The notes under the pieces are model-generated. The model was not told the origin of the DNA, made no database searches, and saw only the letters and a program-made list of their open reading frames with translations. Of a stretch of DNA of 64,000 nucleotides, positions 58,974 to 64,000 are shown piece after piece. This DNA comes from an uncultured SAR86 cluster bacterium (GTDB lineage: Bacteria; Pseudomonadota; Gammaproteobacteria; Magnimaribacterales; AG-339-G14), in contig CACFWO010000004.1 in assembly GCA_902570035.1 (NCBI GenBank), forward strand, positions 22,144 through 86,143, in the 5' to 3' direction. Numbering within the stretch: the stretch's first letter is position 1; each line of letters opens with the position of its first letter. The position numbers and the translations under genes were made by a program.

Positions 58974-59988
58974 ATTTTTGTTTAGAAAAATTCTCAAAAA
59001 TTTTATTGATAGTCCTAGTAATAGAAAAACTTAGGAATCTAGAAAACCTATCTTGCATATTTTTTTTAGGTTTGAAGGAAACTTCAAAAATATCAAATTT
59101 CTTATTTTGTTCAATAAGATAAGAATCACTTGTCTGAATTTTATCAACTAAACCGACATCTATAGCCTCAATACCTTGCCAAACTTCTCCGGTGGCAACT
59201 TTATCAACATCCAAAGATGGACGATATTTAGAGACATGTTTTTTAAATAGTTCATGAATATTTGCCAAGTCATCTTTGAATTTTTCTCGACCTTCGTCTG
59301 AATTTTCTCCGAACATAGTTATTGTTCTTTTATATTCTCCTGCTGTATGCATTTCGTATTCAATATTATTTTTCTTAAGCAGTTTATTGAAATTTGGAAC
59401 CGCTCCTATAACTCCAATCGACCCAATAATCGCGAATGGTGAAGCAATAATTTTATCTGCAATACATGCCATCATATAACCACCTGATGCAGCAACCTTA
59501 TCAATACAAACAGTCAATTTAATTTTTGAATCTTTAAGACGAGATAATTGAGCAGCTGCAAGTCCATATCCGATAACTGTTCCTCCTCCGCTTTCTAAGT
59601 TCAATATGACTTCCTGACATTTAGTATCTGCATTAAGGATTGATGATATTTCTTCTCTTAACTCGGCGACTTGGGATGCCTCAATGTCACCATTGAAATT
59701 TAAAACAAAAATATGCTTTCTAGATACCTTCTCTTTTTTTTTGTTCTTATTTTCTTTTTTTATGTTTTTTTCTAAAACTTTTCTCTCTTTCGCTGATAAA
59801 ACTGAAAGTTTTAAGTCATCGGCAGTATTAGCGAATTTAGTTGAAAGATTTTTAACACGCAGTCCTCCTGAAGAAGAACCAGAACTAGATCTTATAGAAC
59901 TAATAATGATTAAAATTGGTATAACGATAGCTACGACTATTGTGAGTGCTTTTAATAAGAAGATTAAATACTCAAATAAGATTTCCAT
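58966..59988 (-). CDS. sohB: Inner-membrane peptidase SohB (S49)
   Basis: FNGDIEAS, LESGGG, YGLAAAQL, DKVAASGGYMMAC and TAGEYKRT. Confidence 0.93.
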   Translation of the reverse strand: MEILFEYLIFLLKALTIVVAIVIPILIIISSIRSSSGSSSGGLRVKNLSTKFANTADDLKLSVLSAKERKVLEKNIKKENKNKKKEKVSRKHIFVLNFNGDIEASQVAELREEISSILNADTKCQEVILNLESGGGTVIGYGLAAAQLSRLKDSKIKLTVCIDKVAASGGYMMACIADKIIASPFAIIGSIGVIGAVPNFNKLLKKNNIEYEMHTAGEYKRTITMFGENSDEGREKFKDDLANIHELFKKHVSKYRPSLDVDKVATGEVWQGIEAIDVGLVDKIQTSDSYLIEQNKKFDIFEVSFKPKKNMQDRFSRFLSFSITRTINKIFENFSKQKFM

Positions 59989-59991
59989 AAT

Positions 59992-61233
59992 TTATACAAA
60001 AAGACTGACTACTGTTCCGGTTAAGCAAGAAGCAAGTGTAGCAGCAAAAAGTGCTCTGAAAGCAATTTTTAATAACGTTCCTCTGATATCTGGACAAATT
60101 GCTGAAAGACCTCCAAGAAGAATCCCAACACTAGATATATTTGCAAAACCACAGATTCCATAAAGCATAATTAACTGACTTCTCTCGCTTAATATATTTG
60201 TATCTAAATCTCTTAAATCATTGAAAGCAATTAGTTCGTTAAAAATTGTTTTTGTGCCAAGAAGGTTTCCAGCAGGAATAATTTCACTAAAAGGTATTCC
60301 CATTAACCATGCAATAGGAGCAAATATAAAAGCTGCTGTCCTTTGAAGAGATATAGGCTCTCCATATACGTTTGGAAAGATACTTAAAATAAAATCTGCT
60401 AAAGCTACTAAGCTTAAAAAAACTATAAGAGAGGCAATCACAGATAGGAACATATTTAATCCATCTTTTGTACCAACGCTAATAGCATCCATTGAACTCT
60501 CATACATTTTCAAATCTTCTTTGGCAGTTTTTAATTCAGTTTGTGCAGAAGGTATCAATATATTTGAGAACATTATTGCTGCGGGAACGGATAAAATAGA
60601 TGCAGTTAAAAAATGACCAATGACACCAGTAAATTTATCGTCTAACCAAGTAATGTATAAAACCATAACGCTTCCTGCAATGGTCGACATACCGACAGTC
60701 ATAATAATAAGCAAATCCCTCTGATTCATTTTATTCAAATAAGGCTTAATCAATAAAGGAGCCTCTAATTGTCCTAAAAATATATTAGCCGAAGCAGCTA
60801 GCCCAATAGGTCCTTTTGCATCCAAAGGTTTCTCAAATAGTTTTGCTAAAAGCTTTATCAGAAAAGGTAATATTTTCCAATGCCACAACAAAGCAGAAAG
60901 AGCTGATAAGAAAATTAACATTGGCAAGAAAGTAAATGCGAAGATTGGTAAATTCTGATTATTCGAAACTTCAAATGGTGCATCCCCTCCTCCGAGATAA
61001 CCAAAAACAAAAGAGCTTCCTTCAATTGCTGATAATCTTAACGACTCTACAGCCATACTCATCACATCAAAAAAGGAGGAAATGAAAGGTATTTCTAGAA
61101 GGATAAAGGCTAAAGATGTTTGAATTAATAAAGCATAAACTATGAATTTAACTTTTATTTTTTGTATAGATTCACTGAACGGAATAGCTATGAAAATCAA
61201 TGTAACAATTCCTATAAGTGATTGAATAATCAT
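59992..61233 (-). CDS. NupC/CNT family nucleoside transporter
   Basis: FVFG, ANIFLGQLEAPL, GMSTIAGSV, KTIFNE and CGFANISS. Confidence 0.92.
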   Translation of the reverse strand: MIIQSLIGIVTLIFIAIPFSESIQKIKVKFIVYALLIQTSLAFILLEIPFISSFFDVMSMAVESLRLSAIEGSSFVFGYLGGGDAPFEVSNNQNLPIFAFTFLPMLIFLSALSALLWHWKILPFLIKLLAKLFEKPLDAKGPIGLAASANIFLGQLEAPLLIKPYLNKMNQRDLLIIMTVGMSTIAGSVMVLYITWLDDKFTGVIGHFLTASILSVPAAIMFSNILIPSAQTELKTAKEDLKMYESSMDAISVGTKDGLNMFLSVIASLIVFLSLVALADFILSIFPNVYGEPISLQRTAAFIFAPIAWLMGIPFSEIIPAGNLLGTKTIFNELIAFNDLRDLDTNILSERSQLIMLYGICGFANISSVGILLGGLSAICPDIRGTLLKIAFRALFAATLASCLTGTVVSLFV

Positions 61234-61235
61234 TT

Positions 61236-62147
61236 TTATTTCAATTTAATATCAGCCAACCTTTGATTTAAGTAATCGTCAGCTGTTATCGGATCTGGAT
61301 AGTGATTATGACTACCTAGCAGGGATTCAAGAGGCTTTATTAAAAAATCGGGCCTTGGATGAAGAAAAAATGGAATAGATATTCTTTGAGTGTTCATCTC
61401 TTCTCCATTTGTCACTCTATGAGTTGCAGAGATAAGGTATTTATTTGTATATCTTTGCAACATATCACCAACATTAACTACTATTTCATCCCTAGAAAAA
61501 TCTGCTTTGAGCCACTTATTTCCATTAAGCACTTCAAGTCCAGGCTGATGTCCACCAATTAGAAGAGTTATGAAGTTAATATCTTCATGAGGGGAAGCTC
61601 TTAAGGAATCTGTATTAAAATTTTCAATTTTAGGATAATTGATTATTCTCATAATACTGTTACCTTTTTCTATGATCTCATTAAAGAAGTTACTTTCTAA
61701 ACCCAAGCCTATAGATATAAGCTCCATAATATCTCGACCTAAAAGATCAAACTGATTATATAAATCCAAAGAGAGCTGTTTATGATTTTCTAAATCATCA
61801 ATCCATATATTTTTTGGGTTATTTATATTATCTCTCCCAACGTGCCAAAATTCCTTCAAATCTGGCTGATCATAATTTTTGGCAGTTTCTGTTTTAAATT
61901 TGGTAAAACCTCTTGCTCCTCCAATATTAGGAACTATAAAAGATTCTTTAATATCATCAGAATAATTAAAAAATTTCTGATACATATTCAAACAATTAGA
62001 AATAAGATCTTTATGGATAGTATGGTTTGAGAAAACACAAAAACCATAATTATGAAGTGCATTTATGGTACCTTTTGCAAGCAATGATTTATCTTTACTA
62101 AACAAGTCAAAATCTAGATGAGGAATACTTTCGTTACTTGAATTCAT
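61236..62147 (-). CDS. 2OG-Fe(II) oxygenase, isopenicillin N synthase-like family
   Basis: YGF, RGF, DLKEFW, HED (HxD), GLEV, VNVGDML, HRV and RISIPFF. Confidence 0.9.
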   Translation of the reverse strand: MNSSNESIPHLDFDLFSKDKSLLAKGTINALHNYGFCVFSNHTIHKDLISNCLNMYQKFFNYSDDIKESFIVPNIGGARGFTKFKTETAKNYDQPDLKEFWHVGRDNINNPKNIWIDDLENHKQLSLDLYNQFDLLGRDIMELISIGLGLESNFFNEIIEKGNSIMRIINYPKIENFNTDSLRASPHEDINFITLLIGGHQPGLEVLNGNKWLKADFSRDEIVVNVGDMLQRYTNKYLISATHRVTNGEEMNTQRISIPFFLHPRPDFLIKPLESLLGSHNHYPDPITADDYLNQRLADIKLK

Positions 62148-62148
62148 A

Positions 62149-63144
62149 ATGACCGAAGATTATAGCAATAAAAATGTTTCCATCCTGAATGTTGGCAATG
62201 TTCTAGTTGATATTGAAATTAAAATCACAGATGAAGATTTATCTAATTTACCTGTTAAAAAAGGAGGAGCAATTGATATTAATTTAGATGAATTAAATTA
62301 TTTCCTCAAAAAGTATAAATCTCAAATTACTAATAAATATCTAGGTGGTTCAGTTTTTTCTACTGCTGCTACTTCGTCTGTATTTAATGTAACAAATTCC
62401 TTTCTTGGATCGGTTGGTAAAGACTCAAATTCTAAGTTTTTAATTGACGTTATGAACACCTACCCAGTCAAAACATATTTAAATGTTGATTTCAGAGAAA
62501 CTGGCTGTTGTTTGATTTTCTTAACTCCTGATAAAGAAAGATCAATGGCAGCTTATTCTGGAGCTAGCAGTCAATTAACTTTAGCTAATCTAGATGAAAT
62601 TGATCAAATAGATTTAATTTTCACAGACCTTTACTCTCTTAATTCGGAAATTAACAAAAAGACAATTGATCATTTACTTAAATTAAATAACAAATTAATT
62701 CTAAGTCTTTCTGATGTTAGCGTTATGAAAAAACATTTTGATTTCATAAAAAAATACACTGATCAGATATTTTTAGTTGCCGGCAATGAAAAAGAAATGT
62801 CATTTCTAGAACAATCAATGCCTTTTAGTTTTAAAGAAACATCGTTAACAAACAATAAAATATATCTAATTACCAAAGGGGAAAAAGGATCTTCAGTCTT
62901 TTACAAAGGTAATGAAGTTTATTCATCTGCCATAGATTCTTCCGTAAAGTCTTTAAATGGAGCAGGTGATACATTTTTGGGAGCTTTTATAGGAAACTAT
63001 TTGGAAACAAATGATTTACAAGCTTCTTCTGATGTTGCAAATTTCTTTTCTCACGTCTCTGTTGAAAGTTTTGAAGCTTGTTTACCTTATTCAAAATTAA
63101 TGCAAACAAAAAACGCCGCAATTGCGGCGTCTTTTGAGAATTAG
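62149..63144 (+). CDS. PfkB/adenosine-kinase family sugar or nucleoside kinase
   Basis: GNVLVD, GGS, GSVGKD, ERSM, NEKE, ITKGEKGS and GAGDTF. Confidence 0.82.
   Translation: MTEDYSNKNVSILNVGNVLVDIEIKITDEDLSNLPVKKGGAIDINLDELNYFLKKYKSQITNKYLGGSVFSTAATSSVFNVTNSFLGSVGKDSNSKFLIDVMNTYPVKTYLNVDFRETGCCLIFLTPDKERSMAAYSGASSQLTLANLDEIDQIDLIFTDLYSLNSEINKKTIDHLLKLNNKLILSLSDVSVMKKHFDFIKKYTDQIFLVAGNEKEMSFLEQSMPFSFKETSLTNNKIYLITKGEKGSSVFYKGNEVYSSAIDSSVKSLNGAGDTFLGAFIGNYLETNDLQASSDVANFFSHVSVESFEACLPYSKLMQTKNAAIAASFEN
63108..63135. terminator. Bidirectional intrinsic terminator inside the pfkB 3' end
   Basis: AAAAA-ACGCCGCA-AT-TGCGGCGT-CTTTT, with U-tracts on both strands. Confidence 0.8.
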
Positions 63145-63151
63145 AATTATT

Positions 63152-64000
63152 CTAGAACCTGTAGTAAAAACCTACCTTAATTTGATAAAGCGATCTTTCT
63201 GAATCTATGGATGATCCATTCGGAGAACCTACATTTGAATATGTAAAAGTCCCTGTATCTGATACGTCAACATCAACTACATTTTGTTGAGGATTTGCAT
63301 CTCTGTACACTCCGTACTTACTATCAAGCAAGTTACCTAAATTCTTTATAGTTAAATAAAGCTCAGCCATGTGACCTGCTACAAATCCAGGAAATTCCTG
63401 AGCTATCTTTAAGTCATACACAGTATTCCATGAGCCATCTATTGAATTTCTAGGACATATTGAACCACGAGCACAACCAAGACTATCTGTTAATGCTAAT
63501 AGTTCAGTAATGTCTCCAGCAACCCCCGGATCTGATTCGCCTGTAGGCACATAAATTAGAAATCCATTTTCAAAGCCATAGCCACTACCTGCGTATCCGT
63601 CCATCATGATTGAATAAGGATTACTTTGAAAATGATCCAAAAATAATGAAACTTTTGTTCGATATTGACCCTCTATAGTTATCGGTGTCCAGCTTAAAGT
63701 AGCGGTAACTCTTTCTGGAATATTAAATCTTGAAATACCTATTTCTGGATCTTGTTTATTGAAAGTTGCATAATTTGTAGCATTCGTAAAAGCAACGCTT
63801 GACGACATAGGAGCTACATTTTCAGAAAAGTTTTTTGCATATCCTAGTGAGATTGATAAAGATTGATCAAACCATTCCTTTGAAAAAGAAGTTGAATATG
63901 TAAGGTCTTGAGGTCTTTTATCAGAATTAGTAAGCATCCAGTCTTGGCCTCTGTTAACCCTACCGCTGCTGTCGTATTGTGGAAATCCATTAAAAGTATC
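63152..64000 (-). CDS. TonB-dependent receptor (Oar-like), C-terminal part; continues beyond the window
   Basis: The frame is open from 64000 and has alternating beta-strand patterns, NLGNLL.SKYG and a terminal YQIKVGFYYRF outer-membrane signature. Confidence 0.85.
   Translation of the reverse strand, partial: DTFNGFPQYDSSGRVNRGQDWMLTNSDKRPQDLTYSTSFSKEWFDQSLSISLGYAKNFSENVAPMSSSVAFTNATNYATFNKQDPEIGISRFNIPERVTATLSWTPITIEGQYRTKVSLFLDHFQSNPYSIMMDGYAGSGYGFENGFLIYVPTGESDPGVAGDITELLALTDSLGCARGSICPRNSIDGSWNTVYDLKIAQEFPGFVAGHMAELYLTIKNLGNLLDSKYGVYRDANPQQNVVDVDVSDTGTFTYSNVGSPNGSSIDSERSLYQIKVGFYYRF

Noticed and set aside
651-62030. Many 60-160 aa ORFs nested in or antisense to longer genes (e.g. 651-869, 2780-3091, 34885-35247, 41874-42263, 59684-60163)
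   Set aside because: They overlap well-supported genes, show no motifs, and have typical shadow-frame composition.
1-64000. CRISPR arrays, IS elements, prophage, retron or other defence genes, rRNA
   Set aside because: I found no repeat-spacer periodicity and no transposase, integrase, reverse transcriptase or Cas motifs by eye; nearly all bases are accounted for by other genes.

Overview
AT-rich, extremely compact chromosomal segment of a streamlined marine gammaproteobacterium. Gene content, synteny and near-zero intergenic spacing suggest SAR86 or a similar lineage; this taxonomy is inference. A dif (XerC/XerD) site at 1435-1462 probably marks the replication terminus, and most genes to its right point back toward it on the minus strand. 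Core blocks are infA-clpA-clpS-icd/mnmA-purB-aceA, acyl-CoA dehydrogenases-gap-nqrABCDEF-apbE-nqrM, mfd-csiV/sbcB-nfuA-etfAB/ETF-QO, lolC/E-lolD-msbA::lpxK-kdsB-murB, trpS, tRNA-Ser(TGA), tdk and sohB. Accessory blocks are a TetR-linked GST/nitronate monooxygenase/haloalkane dehalogenase operon, a flavin hydroxylase plus ring-cleavage dioxygenase cluster, and a NupC/2OG-Fe(II) oxygenase/PfkB/TonB-dependent receptor cluster. The strongest leads are (1) an unannotated ~185-nt GC-rich structured RNA with a candidate promoter and a terminator immediately upstream of trpS, (2) an in-frame MsbA-LpxK fusion, (3) a putative nucleoside-modifying salvage module and (4) small ORFs missed by the ORF track. 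No CRISPR array, transposase, integrase or rRNA was seen.
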